From: Malacoraja senta
Lineage: Eukaryota
Direction: 5' to 3'
Length of the DNA stretch: 64,000 nucleotides
Assembly (NCBI GenBank): GCA_038087875.1
Contig: JAXLNO010000446.1
Span: 868,001-932,000, forward strand
Part shown: positions 13,407 to 26,744 of the stretch, in pieces
Position numbering within the stretch: the first letter of the stretch is position 1
Layout of the letters: each line of letters begins with the position of its first letter
Translations under genes and position numbers: made by a program
Notes under the pieces: generated by a model
Seen by the model: the letters and a program-made list of their open reading frames with translations, nothing else
Databases searched by the model: none
What the model was told of the DNA's origin: nothing

Positions 13407-14201
13407 CAAATTCCCTTGGGCAGTGCAGATTTGCCGTCTCCATGTGGGGATCGAGCAAGTACATTTACGGGGCGGAAGAGATGATATACAAGTGCATGAG
13501 AAGATCTTGCTTTTAGTATGATTACTGCAACTTTGTTCATTTGTACTGAATTATGCAGAACCTTTAATGAATCACTGACCCATGATTAAAGTGTCAGGTC
13601 AGCCATTAATTACGAGATTGGCTTGAGAAAACAAGTAATGTAGTTATTTTCCACACTTTGTCCTCTCCAGTCAAGTCACACTCAGAGCAAGAATTTCTAT
13701 TCATCATATGATTGATAATAAATCTGCCACGTATTTGATGCACAAGAAATGCCTCTGAATAGGGACTAATTAATAGGGACTAGTTATCAGGCAACTGAAT
13801 CATCCCACCACAACTAAGGAGCGGTCCTGAACTACCATCTACCTCTTTCGTGACCCTCGGAGTATCTGTAATCGGACTTTGGTGGCTTCACCTGGCAATA
13901 AACGTTATTCACGATAATCCCTTTACCATATATGTGGTCACTGTGGACGGCTTGTTTATATTTATGTATTGTCTTTCTACTGACTGGTTAGCAAGCTTTT
14001 GACTGTACCTCGGTACACGTGACAATATACTAACACAAACTCTATAAACTATACTCATCTCTCTGCAGTCATACAGCACGGAAACAGGCCCTTCGGCCCA
14101 ACTTGCCCACGCTGGCCAACATGTCCCAGCTACACTAGTCCACCAACCTGCGTTTGGTCCATATCCCTCCAAATCTGGATCGTCATCCACAGCATTGAAG
14201 G

Positions 14202-14233
14202 CATCATCATCATCATCATCATCGTCGTCGTCG

Positions 14234-14265
<32 letters not shown>

Positions 14266-14278
14266 GTCGTCGTCGTCG

Positions 14279-14335
<57 letters not shown>

Positions 14336-14341
14336 CATCAC

Positions 14342-14388
<47 letters not shown>

Positions 14389-14398
14389 CATCGTCATC
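14202..14398. repeat. (CAT)n microsatellite with (CGT)n interruptions
   Basis: Direct reading. It explains the poly-S/H/M ORFs. Confidence 0.97.
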
Positions 14399-14672
14399 GA
14401 AACCATCAACGGGCACGGTGCCTTACAATGCCGTGTACGACAGTGATCGCAACTTCTACTGAAGTGTGGATGGCCGTTGGCTCGCTAGGAGCTCATCCAT
14501 CCGCCCTTTGACAGGTCTTGTTGTTGGTCCTGCTGGGGGTCCACGGCCCCCTCCTCACCTGGCAAACCAGGTGGGGGAGACGGTTAGTCGCCGACTATCC
14601 GACCATGGAGCAGGTAGCACGGGATTTCATGGTACCCGTGGCGGGGGGAACTCCCCCCCCCCGACCTGACCT
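14202..14672 (-). mobile_element. Short GC-rich retroelement with a (TGA)n tail, probably RTE-derived
   Basis: 14500-14670 is the reverse complement of 42238-42395, and both copies run into (GAT/TGA)n. The RTE assignment is my inference from 5'-UTR-like motifs and tail type. Confidence 0.55.
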
Positions 14673-16102
14673 TCATGTACCTATCCATGCACCTGTCTAC
14701 ATGTTTCTTAGACGTTGCGCTAATACTTGCCTCAACTACCTCCTCCGTCTGGTCGTTCCACACACCCACCACCTTTACCGTTACACCAATTAATATCTTG
14801 GGAAGATTAAAATGTATGAAAATCTTGTTGCAGTTGGAGCCAAGAATTAAAACAATGTGTAAGAAGGAACTGCAGATGGTAGGTTATGCCACGGATAAAC
14901 ACAAACTGCTGGATTGACTCAGTGGGACAGGCAGCATCTCTGGAGAGAAGGATTGGGTGACGTGGAGTTGGAGTGTAGTTTATTGTCACGTGTATCGAGG
15001 TACAGGGAAAAGCTTTTGTTGCGTGCTAACAGTCAGCGGAAAGACAATACATGATTACAATCGAGCCATTTACAGTGTCGAGGTTTAAGAGTGGGAGCGA
15101 TTGTTATATGTCTTTGTAGAGCTGCTTCTGTGGCTAGCATGCAGGTCAAGACCCTTCTTCAGACAATGTGTTGCTTTAAACACTTGATAAAAATGCTGTA
15201 ACAAACTCTAGCAATGTGTTATTCTCAAATACACAACATGGAACAAGTAGACAGATTATTCTGGTGGGGAGGTCAGTTCACCTTTGGCTGGGGCTTGAGA
15301 ACCATCATCCACCATCCTCAGGAGAGGTTGTGGAGTAAAGAGAGGTCATGATTATAGAATAAAATAGGATTGATTGTTCTCACGATGTTATCTTGCATGC
15401 TGCTTTGTCATTTTGTTCAATGCTTGCTTGAAAGCAAATACTGATAAATGTTGGACACAGAGTGCTGGAGTAACTCAGCGGGGTCAGGCAGCATCTGTGG
15501 AGAACGTGGATAGGTGACGTTTCACAGAGTGCTGGAGTAACTCAGCGGGTCAGGCAGCATCTCTGGAGCAGGTGGATAGGTGACGTTTTGGGTTGGGATC
15601 AATCTTCCCGACTTCAAATTAAGAAAGGCTAATAAGAGCAGAGGTGGAAGCCTGATCAACTTTAGCTACATAGCAACAGGGCACAGTTTCTAATGCAGCG
15701 TATTATTCAGCGTATCACAACATCCTGTGTAATGAGTTCAAAATATAGAGCTACATTTTATATAAACTGCAAACGAAAAGGGAAAGCGATGATTTTCCCA
15801 GATATATCTGAAGCTTAAATCTTGTGCTGAGTATGAGAATGACTGGCTGTAAATGTAACGACTTACTCCAGCGATATTTTGTGGTGAGAATGTGAGAGGT
15901 AGCAGTACCTGGGATTTACAACCAAATTACCGCAGCCATTTGTTACGTTCAGTGTGAAGGGTTTACTTCCCTTTCCTGAGAATAAAAGATTGGACGAACG
16001 AAAGTTGCTGAGAACTTCAATATGCGCGGATAATTCCATTCTCCCGAACACCACAAGCACAAGGCATCCCTCTATCACACAGACCCTCACGAAGGGCGGG
16101 CA

Positions 16103-16302
16103 NNNNNNNNNNNNNNNNNNNNNNNNNNNNNNNNNNNNNNNNNNNNNNNNNNNNNNNNNNNNNNNNNNNNNNNNNNNNNNNNNNNNNNNNNNNNNNNNNN
16201 NNNNNNNNNNNNNNNNNNNNNNNNNNNNNNNNNNNNNNNNNNNNNNNNNNNNNNNNNNNNNNNNNNNNNNNNNNNNNNNNNNNNNNNNNNNNNNNNNNNN
16301 NN
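16103..16302. other. Assembly gap (200 N)
   Basis: Run of N. Confidence 1.
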
Positions 16303-16681
16303 GCGCCTCATTTACGCGTCATATGTAAAATAGGTCTACGCATCGTTACGTGCGACGTGACATCATTAGAATACCCTGGCGACCCGTGGTTACGCACGGT
16401 GACGTAGCCATGTGTCACCACGCGATACACGTGAGACGTCGGGACGCCATCGTGCATAGCCAATGCGTCAGCGTGCATACGCGATATGTCACGCAGGTGG
16501 CACGCGGGGTTTTCGTAAAGCACGAAATCCTGGAGCGCCGCGCGATTCCGCGCTCAACTCAACACTCCTCCACGCCTCTCCATGCGCCCGTCCCGCGCCT
16601 CCCACACGCTACCAGTGCGTCACAACGTGACGACCACATTTTTGGAGGTCGCGTAAATGGCGGCCAAGTGGGACAGGCCCT
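16303..16681. mobile_element. CpG-rich MITE with its left end lost in the gap; same subfamily as 29153-29619
   Basis: Ends GGCCAAGTGGGACAGGCCCT followed by TTA. Internal sequence is homologous to 29153-29619. Confidence 0.85.
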
Positions 16682-17149
16682 TTACACTGTTTACAGCACC
16701 AGAGACCAACATGCTCCATCTACAGTAATCCACCTGCCTGCATTTGGCCCATATCCCTCTAAACCTATCCTATCCGTGTACCTATCCAAGTGTCTTTTAA
16801 ATGTTGTTATAGTACAATAGACAGTGGGTGCAGGAGTAGGCCATTCGGCCCTTCGAGCCCAGCACTGCCATTCAATGCTATAATAGCTGATCATCCACAA
16901 TCAGTACCCCGTTCCTGCCTTCTCCCCATATCCCCTATCTAACTCTCTCTTGAAAGTATCCAGAGAACCAGCCTCCACCGCCCTCTGAGGCAGAGAATTC
17001 CACAGACTCACAACTCTGTGAGAAAAAGTGTTTCCTCATCTCCGTTCTAAATGGCTTACCTGCCTCAACGACGTCCTCTGGCAGCTTGTTGTTCCCGTGC
17101 TGTCCTGTTTCATGTTCTAGCCATTCTAGAACAGATCAGATAAGCACAT

Positions 17150-17607
17150 TTCAGTTCAGTTTAGTTCAGTTTAGTTTATTGTCACGTGTACCAAGGTTCA
17201 GTGAAAAGCTTTTGTTGTGTGCTAACCAGTCAGCGGGAAGACAATACGTGATTACAATCGAGCTATTCATAGTGTACAGATATATGAAAAGATAATAACG
17301 TTTAGTGCAAGATAAAGCCAGTAGAATCCAATCAAGGATAGTCCGAGGGTCACCAATGAGGTAGATAGTAGTTCAGCACTGTTCACTGGTTGTGGTAGGA
17401 TGGTTCAATTGCCTGATAACAGCTGGGAAGAAACTGTCTCTGAATCTGGAGGTGTGCGTTCGTTTTCACACTTCTGTACCTCTTGCCTGATGGGAGAGGG
17501 GAGAAGAGGGAGTGGCCAGGGTGCGACTGGTCCTTGATTATGCTGCTGGCCTTGCCGAGGCAGCGTGAGGTGTAGATGGAGTCAATGGAAGGGAGGTTGG
17601 TTGGTGT
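17150..17607 (-). mobile_element. Rex/Babar-type LINE 3' fragment
   Basis: Reverse complement of the 12610-13062 family (TTTATTGTCACGTG ... GGCAGCGTGAGGTGTAGATGGAGTCAATGG). Confidence 0.8.
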
Positions 17608-19104
17608 GTGGATTTACTCTCCTGGTCAGAAACAATGAGAGAAATGCCGTTGCCGGTGGTTTCATGGTCTGCACTGCTGAGATTAGTTCCAGATTATTTA
17701 ATTAATTTAAATGTCACAGATATTACGATGGGATTTGCGCCGGGCTCCCTGGATTGTTCATCTAGTTCTGCGGATGACTGCAGCAATAATTCCATCACTG
17801 ACTACCATCTGATGAAGTGATATATAATTCCATCATGGCAACTGGAACTTGTATTTGTGTAATTAAATAAAACGGGAAGGAAAGGTTGGTGTCCCAATAA
17901 TGGTGACCCAATTATTCTGAGAACTGACTTGTCCTTCTTTAGGGAATGATATCAGACAATTCTGCTCTTGAGATTACTCCAGGCATTGTGATAGACGTTG
18001 CAAAGTTACTGATCTCCCCACCATCAAAGGTCCATCACAGGTACTGACCCCCCCCCCCCCCCAATCATCAAAGGTCCATCACAGGTACTGACCTCCCCAC
18101 CATCGAAGGGATCTACAGGAGGCGCTGCCACAAAAAGGCAGCCAGCATCATCAGAGACCCACACCACCCTGGCCACGCTCTCATCTCGCTGCTATCATGG
18201 GGAAGAAGGTACAGGAGCCTGAAAACTGTAACGTCCAGGTTCAGGAACAGCTTCCTCCCAACAACCATCAGGCTCTTGAACACTGCACAACACTAACCTC
18301 AGCAACTGTGATCTTCTATGGACTGTGTCGTTGGACTTCAGGTTTGGACTATTATGGTCTACATACCTGATATTACTGTCTATGAATTAATTGTGCTATG
18401 GATTCTTGTATATTTACCTATGCGTTATTGCATTAACGAGCCTATAATGTTACCGTGTTCCATTGTTAGACATGTGCTCCTGTTATTAAACCAGCAGTTC
18501 CTTGTGTCTCTGGCAATTAAGTTCATAAGGTCATAAGTGATAGTTGCATAATTAGGTTATTCGGCCCATCAAGTCTACTCCATCATTCAATCATGGCCGA
18601 CCTATCTCTCCCTCCCAACCCCATTCTCCTGCCTACTCCCCATAACCCCTGACACCTGCACTAATTATTAACCTATCTTTCTCTGCCTTTAAAATATCCA
18701 TTGATTTGGCCACAACCTTCTGTGGCAATTAATTTCACAGATACACCATCCTCAGCCTAAAGAAATTCCTCATAATCTTCTTCCTAAAGGAACGTCTTTT
18801 ACTTGTGAGGTTATGACCTCCGGTGTAAACATGCTTGACACATCAACTCTATCCAGGCCTTTCACTATTCAAATCCTCTCTTGAACAAATGTTTGCTTTG
18901 TTAATGTTCTCTGAAAGATCGGGCAAGTCATTTGGATAAAGAGCAATAAATATTGGTGTTGCAGTGATGTCCACATGCGGTGAATGAATGATGAGAAGCT
19001 TGTTGTAAGTCACCGCTGTATGTCACAGCACCTTTACTAACAATGCGTGAGTCAGTGTGTTGGCTGGCCTCTGTGAATTACAGTGGTGGAATCCAGGAGG
19101 GATT

Positions 19105-19450
19105 AATGGGAAGATAGACACAAAAAGCCGGATTAACTCAGCGGGTCTGGCAGCATCTCTGGAGAAAAGGAATGGGTGACGTTCCTTCTTCGGACTGAGA
19201 GTCAGGGGAAAGGGAAACAAGAGATATAGACGATGATGTTGAGAGATACATACAACAAATGAATGAAAGATATGCAAAGAAGTAACAATGACAGAGGAAA
19301 CAGGCCATTGTTAGCTGTGGCCCAGTGAAAATGAGTTACAGACAATGAGACTCAAGCAGATGACTTTGAAGCTAGTGCAATTTGGGGAGGGGGGGACAGA
19401 GAGTAACACTTCCCAACTGTAGAATCAACATTTCCATATTCATCAGTTCC
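19105..19450 (-). mobile_element. PLE 3'-region fragment (uninterrupted paralogue of the Helitron target site)
   Basis: Reverse complement reads TTGCATATCTTTCATTCATTTGTTG..TTTCCCTTTCCCCTGACTCTCAGTCCGAAG, homologous to 52113-52131 joined to 53471-53540. Confidence 0.75.
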
Positions 19451-20929
19451 CAACCAGTTTATGACAATATCCGTGTAAATCTTCACTGCACCTTCCAGCT
19501 TGAGGTCTGTGGAGGGAATGGACAATATGGCGGGACTCTTCTTCATTAGTTCATGTGAATAGGAGCAGAATTAGACGATTCAGCCCATGAAGTCTACTCC
19601 ACCATTCAATCATGTCTGATCTATCTCTCCCGCTCAACTCCATTCTCCTGCCTTCTCCCCATAACCCCTGACACCCGGACTAATCAAGAACCTATCAATC
19701 TCCACCTTAAAAACATCCATTGACTTGGATTCCACAGCCTTCAGTGGCAATTAATTCAACACATTCGCCACCCTCTGGCTAAAGAAATTTCTCCCCATCT
19801 CCTTCCTAAAGGAACGTCCTTTTATTCTGAGGCTGTGGCCTCTGGCCTGAGACTCTGCCACCAGTGGAAACATCCTTTCCACATCCACTCTATCGAGGCC
19901 TTTCACTCTTTGGTAAGTTTCAATGAGAGATTTAATAGGAATCTGAGGGGTAACTTTTTCACACAAATGCTGGTGGGTGTATGGAACGAGCTGCCAGAGG
20001 AGGTAATTGAGGCTGGGACTATCGCAACGTTTAAGAAACAGTTAGACAGGTACATGGATAGGACAGGTTTGGACGAAAAATTGGCAGGTGGGACTAGTGT
20101 AGATGGTACATGTTGGCCGGTGTGGGCAAGTTGGGCCGATGGGCCTGTTTCCACGCTGTGGCTCTGTGACTATATGAAATAGTCTTCTCCTCCACTGTAT
20201 AATTCTACAATTGCAGGGAATAATTGGCCAGGTAACAGACTAAAGCGTGAGAGCAGTTGGACAAGGGGAGAATTCCCTTTGGGTGTGTGGTTGTATTCAG
20301 GAAGAGGTCTGATGCGGCGGCTGAGGTGAATCCATAGATATTTCCCTTTCTTGTACAAAATCGAATTCAAAACTATCCTCATTGTGTCAAGATTTATTAA
20401 TGAGCTCAACAACAAAGAAGTTAAAAGACATGTCAGTGTCCTGTAAAAACAATCTATTGTGGATCTATGTAATCCTGGAGCCATCCCCTTAGCTAATCTA
20501 TTGATTGCATTTTCATACTCTTGAAGGACAGAGCATGTCTCACAATGCATCTCTACATCTTGATTTATAAGGGCGGATTTAGATTACTAAATTATTTTTG
20601 TATTTTCACCTCCAAAGGGAAATTATCAGACTGGCAATCAGATGCAATTTCATCAGCTAATTATTTATATCCATTCAGTATTTCCTTTCAATAATCCACA
20701 TCTACAGTATTTCATATTAAATGATTTTTTTAAAGATTCTACTTATTAGACCAGCACCAACTACAGTAATTTCCTGCTGTGATCAAAAAAAATATTATAT
20801 GGAGTATTACAAGTTTGAAGCATTAGAGAAATACTACATTTAATTTGTGGTGATTAAACTTGACCTGTCAATTATGCATTTACATTTGCTGTTGAATTTT
20901 ACACACTTCTGCAAGGGTAGCGGTCTAGT

Positions 20930-21265
20930 AGACACAAGGGACTGCAGGTGCTGGTTTACAAAAAAAGACACAGAGTGCTGGAGTAACTCAGCGGGTCAGG
21001 CAGCATCTGTGGAGAACATGGATAGGTGACGTTTCACAGAGTGCTGGAGTAACTCAGCGGGTCAGGCAGCATCTGTGGAGCGAAGGAAATGGGCAACCTT
21101 TCGGGCCGAAACCCTGAAGGAAATAGGCAACGTTTTGGGCCAAAACCCGGAAGGGTTTCGGGCCGAAACGTTGCCTATTTCCTTCGCTCTATAGATGCTG
21201 CCGGAACATGGATAGGTGACGTTTCACAGAGTGCTGGAGTAACTCAGCGGGTCAGGCAGCATCTT
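20930..21265. repeat. 66-bp unit plus hairpin module (second copy)
   Basis: Same composite as 11538-12120 and 36472-37125. The ORF track gives a near-identical peptide at 21089 and 36936. Confidence 0.9.
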
Positions 21266-21754
21266 TCCCAGATGGGATTCTGAGAACTATAACAACACTT
21301 TCATTAAATGTGCTTACTGTATGTAGTAGAGAGAGCAATAAATAATCCCCGGTAAACATTGACTACTCTGGTTGCACCAAGTAAAACAGTAATTGATTCA
21401 AATAAACTTGGCAATCTGCAGGGCTCTACAAAAGTGTATTCCACGTAAATGCATTTCCACCACCGCCCTCTGAGGCAGAGAATTCCACAGACTCACCACT
21501 CTCTGTGAGAAAAGTGTTTCCTCATCTCCGTTCTAAATGGCTTACTCCTTATTCTTAAACTGTGGCCCCCGGTTCTGGACTCCCCCAACATTGGGAACAT
21601 GTTTCCTGCCTCTAGCGTGTCCAAGACCTTAACAATCTTATATGTTTCAATAAGATAAAATAATGTAGCTGGAGGAACAACCTGCCTCATTTTGCTGAAC
21701 AGAGAACAGTTGCCGCCTGCACCACCCACACACGTGACAGGGAATAACTAATCG

Positions 21755-22060
21755 GGCGGCTCTGTGGCGCAGCGGTAGAGTTGCTGCCTCACAGCGCCAG
21801 AGACCGGGGTCCATCCTGACTACGGGTGCTGTCTGTACGGAGTTTGTACGTTCTCCCTGTGACCTGCGTGGGTTTTCTCCGGGTGCTCCGGTTTCCTCTC
21901 ACTCTCCAAAGACGTACAGGTTTGTAGGTTAATTGGCTTGGCATAAATGTAAATTGTCCCTGGTGTGTGTAGGATGGTGTTAATGTGAGGTGATTGCTGG
22001 TCGGTGCGGACTCGGTGGGCCGAAGGGCCTGTGTCTGTGCTGTATCTCCAAACTAAACTA
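21755..22060 (+). mobile_element. tRNA-derived V-SINE/HE1-type SINE
   Basis: A-box TGGCGCAGCGG, degenerate B-box, central TTCTCCCTGTGACCTGCGTGGGTTTTCTCCGGGTGCTCCGGTTTCC domain, LINE-like tail GGGCCGAAGGGCCTGT..AAACTAAACTA. Confidence 0.9.
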
Positions 22061-23336
22061 TAAAGGTGCTTCAAGAAGACAGTGTATGCTGATGAAAAAC
22101 AAGCAGTAGAGGCTTTCCTAAGGTGCCTGCCCAGAGGACCTGAAGGCTCGTCGGTCGGCGTAACTGGGAGGGAGCTGGAGACATCAGTCGTGAGGAGCAA
22201 GGGTCGGTAGGTGGGTGAACCGGGGTAAAGCCTCCAGCGCCTTCAAGGTCGGCTGCAGGAGGAGCCCCCCGGGATACAGAGATGGCCGGGCGAGGAGAGG
22301 AGAGGAGAGGGACATCAGTTCACGGGCCAAGGGTGACGGAGGAAGGCTCTGCAGGACCCTGGGGCTTGTCTCGATCGGGAACTGTTCCAGTAGACAGAGT
22401 GCGTGGGCCGATCAGACTTTGGACTTTGTTTTGGTTTAGTTTAGAGATACAGCACGGGAACAGGCCCTTCGGCCCACTGAGTCTGCACCGACAAGTGATC
22501 CCTGCACATTAACACTGTCCTACACACACTAGGGACAATTTACATGAATAACAAGCCAACCCACCTGCAAACCTGCACGTCTTTGGAGTGTGGGAGGAAA
22601 CCATTTAGAACGGAGACGAGGAAACACTTTTTCACACAGAGAGTGGTGAGTCTGTGGAATTCTCTGCCTCAGCGGGCGGTGGAGGCCGGTTCTCTGTATA
22701 TTTTCAAGAGAGAGTTAGATAGAACTCTTAAAGATTGCGGAGTCAGGGGATATGAGGTGAAGGCAGGAACGGGGTACTGATTGTGGATGTTTAGCCATGA
22801 TCACATTGAATGGCGGTGCTGGTTTGAAGGGCCGAATGGCCTCCTCCTGCACCTTTTTTCTATTGATCAACTTCAGGAAGAAGTGGTCCACACACCCCAG
22901 TTTGAATAGACGGTGCTGAGGTTTGATTACAATCCAGCTGACCACAGTGTACAGATACATGATAAAGGGAATAACGTTTAGTGCAAGGTAAAGTCCAGTA
23001 AAGTCCGATTAAAGATAGTCCGAGGGTCTCCAATGAGGTGGATGGGAGGTCAGTACGGCCATTTAGAAGTCCTACACACTAGGGACAGAAGCCAATTAAC
23101 CCACAAACTTGCACATCTGTTGAATTTGGAGGAAATCAGAGGACCCGTAGGAAACCCACGAGGTCACGGGGAGAACGTGGTGCAGCGGTAGAGTTGCTGC
23201 CTCACAGCGCCAGAGTCCCGGGTCCCGAGTTCGATCCCGACTACGGGTGCTGCCTATATGCAGTTTGTACTTTCTCCCCGTGACCTGCGTGGGTTTTCTC
23301 CAATATCTTCGGATTGCTCCCACACACCAAAGACAA

Positions 23337-24455
23337 CACGGTGGTGCAGCGGTAGTGTTGCTTCATTACAGCGTTTGCAGCGTCGGAGACACGGGTTCAA
23401 TCCCGACTACGGGTGCTGTCTGTTTGTACGTTCGTTCCGTGACCACGTGGGATTTCTCTGAGATCCTTGGTTTCCTCCCACACTCCAAAGACGTACAGGC
23501 TTGTAGGTTAATTGTCTTGGGTTTGTATATTTGGTATAAATATAAATGCTTGGCAAAAACAGGAAGGCAGATTATTATCTAAATGGCGTCAAGTTGGGAA
23601 AAGGGGAAGTACAACGGGATCTGGGGGTCCTTGTTCATCAGTCAATGAAAGTAAGCATGCAGGTACAGCAGGCAGTGAAGAAAGCGAATGGCATGTTGGC
23701 CTTCATAACAAGAGGAGTTGAGTATAGGAGCAAAGAGGTCATTCTGCAGTTGTACAGGGCCTTAGTGAGGCCACACCTGGAGTATTATGTGCAGTTTTGG
23801 TCTCCAAACTTGAGGAAGGATATTCTTGCTATTGAGGGAGTGCAGCGTAGGTTCACCAGGTTAATTCCCAGGATGGCGGACTGTCATATGTTGATAGATT
23901 GGAGCATCTGGGGTTGTATACTCTGGAATTTAGAAGGATGAGAGGGAATCTTATTGAAACATATAAGATTATTAATGGTTTGGACACGCTAAAGGCAGGA
24001 AACATGTTTCCAATGTTGGGGGAGTCCAGAACCAGGGTCCATAGTTTAAGAATAAGGGGTAAGCCATTTAGAACAGAGATGAGGTAAAACTTTTTCACAC
24101 AGAGAGTTGTGATTGTGTGGAATTCTCTGCCTCAGAGGGCGGTGGAGGTTGGTTCTCTGGATGCTTTCAAGAGAGAGTTAGAGCTCTTATGGATAGCAGA
24201 GTTAACAGATATGGAGAGAAGGCAGGAACGGGGTACTGATTGTGGATGATCAGCCATGATCACATTGAATGGCGGTGCTGGCTCGAAGGGCCGAATGGCC
24301 TACTCCTGCACCTATTGTCTATTGTCTACAAGTGTAAATTGTCGCTGGTGTGTGTAGACTTGCGTTAATGTGTGGGGATCGCTGGTCGGTGTGGACTCGG
24401 TTGGCTGAAAGTCCTGTTTCTGCGTTGTATCTCTAAACTAAAACACTAAACTAAA
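23337..24455 (+). mobile_element. V-SINE split by a CR1 3' fragment (CR1 at about 23546-24328)
   Basis: SINE head at 23337-23545 and SINE tail at 24330-24455 flank a CR1 peptide (GKGEVQRDLGVLVH..LVRPHLEY.VQFWSP) and its 3' UTR. Confidence 0.85.
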
Positions 24456-25009
24456 CATGCAAACTCCACACAGACAGCACCAAGGTCAGGATTGAACCTT
24501 GCTGTGCTGCCTATTCAGTGCCTTCAAAATTGTATTTTCTTCTCAAGTACAAGTACACAGCTAATAACTGTCGAACTTGTCCCATTGCTGCTACAGTCTT
24601 GCCTCCATTTAATCATGGCAGAAATATCAAATCATTTTTCTGTTCTCTAATTCAAAGTCGTCACTCTCCTGCATGACTTGGCTCGTTTGACCTTTTCACT
24701 TATTCTGTAATTTTCCTCTTCACACTATTGAACTAAATTAATTCGCTTCATCTGTCCTGCTCCTGCTGAAGCAATAAGAGTTTTATTCCATTCACACCTG
24801 TCAAGTGATTAAACCCTGTCACTTGCCATTGCACCTTCACAAACATCAAGTTTGTCCTGTTCATTAGTTTAGTTTAGTTTGGAGATACAGCATGGCAACC
24901 GGCCCTGCCCACCCACCTGCCCATACGACCAAGATAAATACAATCAAGTCAAACTCAAGGTACCGTAGGTAGAGCAAAGGAGAAGATACAGACTGCAGAA
25001 TTATAGTTT

Positions 25010-25320
25010 AATTTAGTGTAGTTTAGTTTAGAGATACAGCGCGGAAACAGGCCCTTCGGCCCACCGTGTCCGCACCGACCAGCGATCCCCGCACACTAAC
25101 ACTATCCTACACACACTAGGGACAACTTGCAAGTTTACCGAAGCCAATTAACCAACAAACCTGTACGTCTTTGGACTGTGGAGGAAACCGGAGCACCCGG
25201 AGAAAACCCACGTGGTCCCGGGGAGAACGCGCAAACTCCATACAGACAGCACCCGTAGTCAGGATGGAACCTGTGTCTCTGGCGCTGTGAGGCAGCAACT
25301 CTACCACTGTGCCACTCTGC
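25010..25320 (-). mobile_element. V-SINE/HE1-type SINE
   Basis: Full reverse-complement copy of the 21755 family. Confidence 0.9.
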
Positions 25321-25374
25321 CCTGAGAAAATAATTTTATAATTTTCACAACTATGGCAGTAAACCCAGCCTCAG

Positions 25375-25680
25375 GGCAGCACGGTGGCGCTGCGGTAGAG
25401 TTGCTGCCTCACAGCGCCAGAGACCCGGGTTCAACCCAGACTACAGGTGCTGTCTGTACGGAGTTTGTACGTTCTCCCCGTAACCTGCGTGGGATTTCTC
25501 CGGGTGCTCCGGTTTCCTCCCACACTCCAAAGACGTACAGGTTTGTGGGTTAATTGGCTACTGTAAATTGTAAATTGTCCCTAGTGTGTTGGGAGTGGAT
25601 GAGAAAGAAGGATAGCATAGAACTGGTGTGAATGGGTGATCGATGGTCGGCGTGGCCGAAGGGCCTGTTTCTGTGCTATA
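25375..25680 (+). mobile_element. V-SINE/HE1-type SINE
   Basis: GGCAGCACGGTGGCGCTGCGG head, B-box-like GGTTCAACCC, central domain and tail. Confidence 0.9.
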
Positions 25681-26744
25681 CCTTTCAATGATTCAATGGG
25701 TATGTTGCCAGGACGCTACAAGGCGGCTGCAGAGATTTGATGGCCTGATCTATCAGGAGAGGTTGAGCAGGCTGGGACTCTATTCCTTGTAACCGTAGGA
25801 GGATCTTATAGAGGTGTACAAAATCGTGAGAGGAAGAAATCGGGTGAATGCATAGTCTTTAACACAGGGCAGCAGAGTCAAGAACCAGAGGATATAGGTT
25901 TAAGTTGACAGGTGATGGTGGGTGTATGGTACGAGTTGCCAGAGGAGGTGGTTGAGGCAGGGACTTTAACAACATTTCATAGTGTCATAGAGTGTAAAAA
26001 CAGGCTCTTCAGCCCAACTTGCCCACACCAGTAAACATGTCCAACACTAGTCCCATCTACCTGCTTTAAAATACATTTAAACAGGTACATGGATAGGACA
26101 GGTTTAGAAGAGTATGTGCCACATATGGGCTAATGGGGCTAGTGTAGATGGGGCAGGGACGAGTTGGGCCGAAGGGCCTGGTTCTGTGCTGTGTGACTCT
26201 CTGCAGTCTTCCACAGAGTGAAATAATTTGTCCACCTTTTCTTAATTGACTTTCCACACTCCGTCGACAACTTAATTTAATGTTGTAACCATATAAAATA
26301 ATATATGTTTCATATATTCTGGATCATCAGCGGAAATAATGGATCTGTTTAATTTCCCTGTGGTTCAAATACTTAGCCTTATAGGGTCATCAAGTCATAC
26401 AGTGCGGAAACAGGCCCTTCGGCCCAACTTGCCCACACCGGCCAACATGTCCCATCTTCACTAGTCCCACCTGCCTGCATTTGGTCCATATCCCTCTAAA
26501 CCTGTCCTATCCATGTACCTGTCTAAATGCGCAGTTAGTTTTAGAAAGTCTAACTTTGCCTCTATTTAAGGCATTGCCTTTTCATCTATATACACTTAAA
26601 CTGTAAATTTACTTGATTTAAATCTGAAATTCACCAACTTTTAACTGCTGCTAAATTAAGCAAAAGGTGATATTTCATCAAATTCAATCCATTTTTCGTC
26701 CCTATTTACGAGTACACTTTCTTTTTCTATAATGAAACTTGAAC

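Noticed and set aside
14130..14446. Poly-Met, poly-Ser and poly-His ORFs
   Set aside because: Artefacts of the (CAT)n microsatellite.
20170..20550. 126-aa minus-strand ORF in unique sequence
   Set aside because: No recognisable domain and no convincing donor site. The length is compatible with chance.
21755..21830. tRNA genes at SINE heads (A and B boxes)
   Set aside because: They run directly into the SINE central domain and tail, so they are tRNA-derived SINE heads, not tRNA genes.
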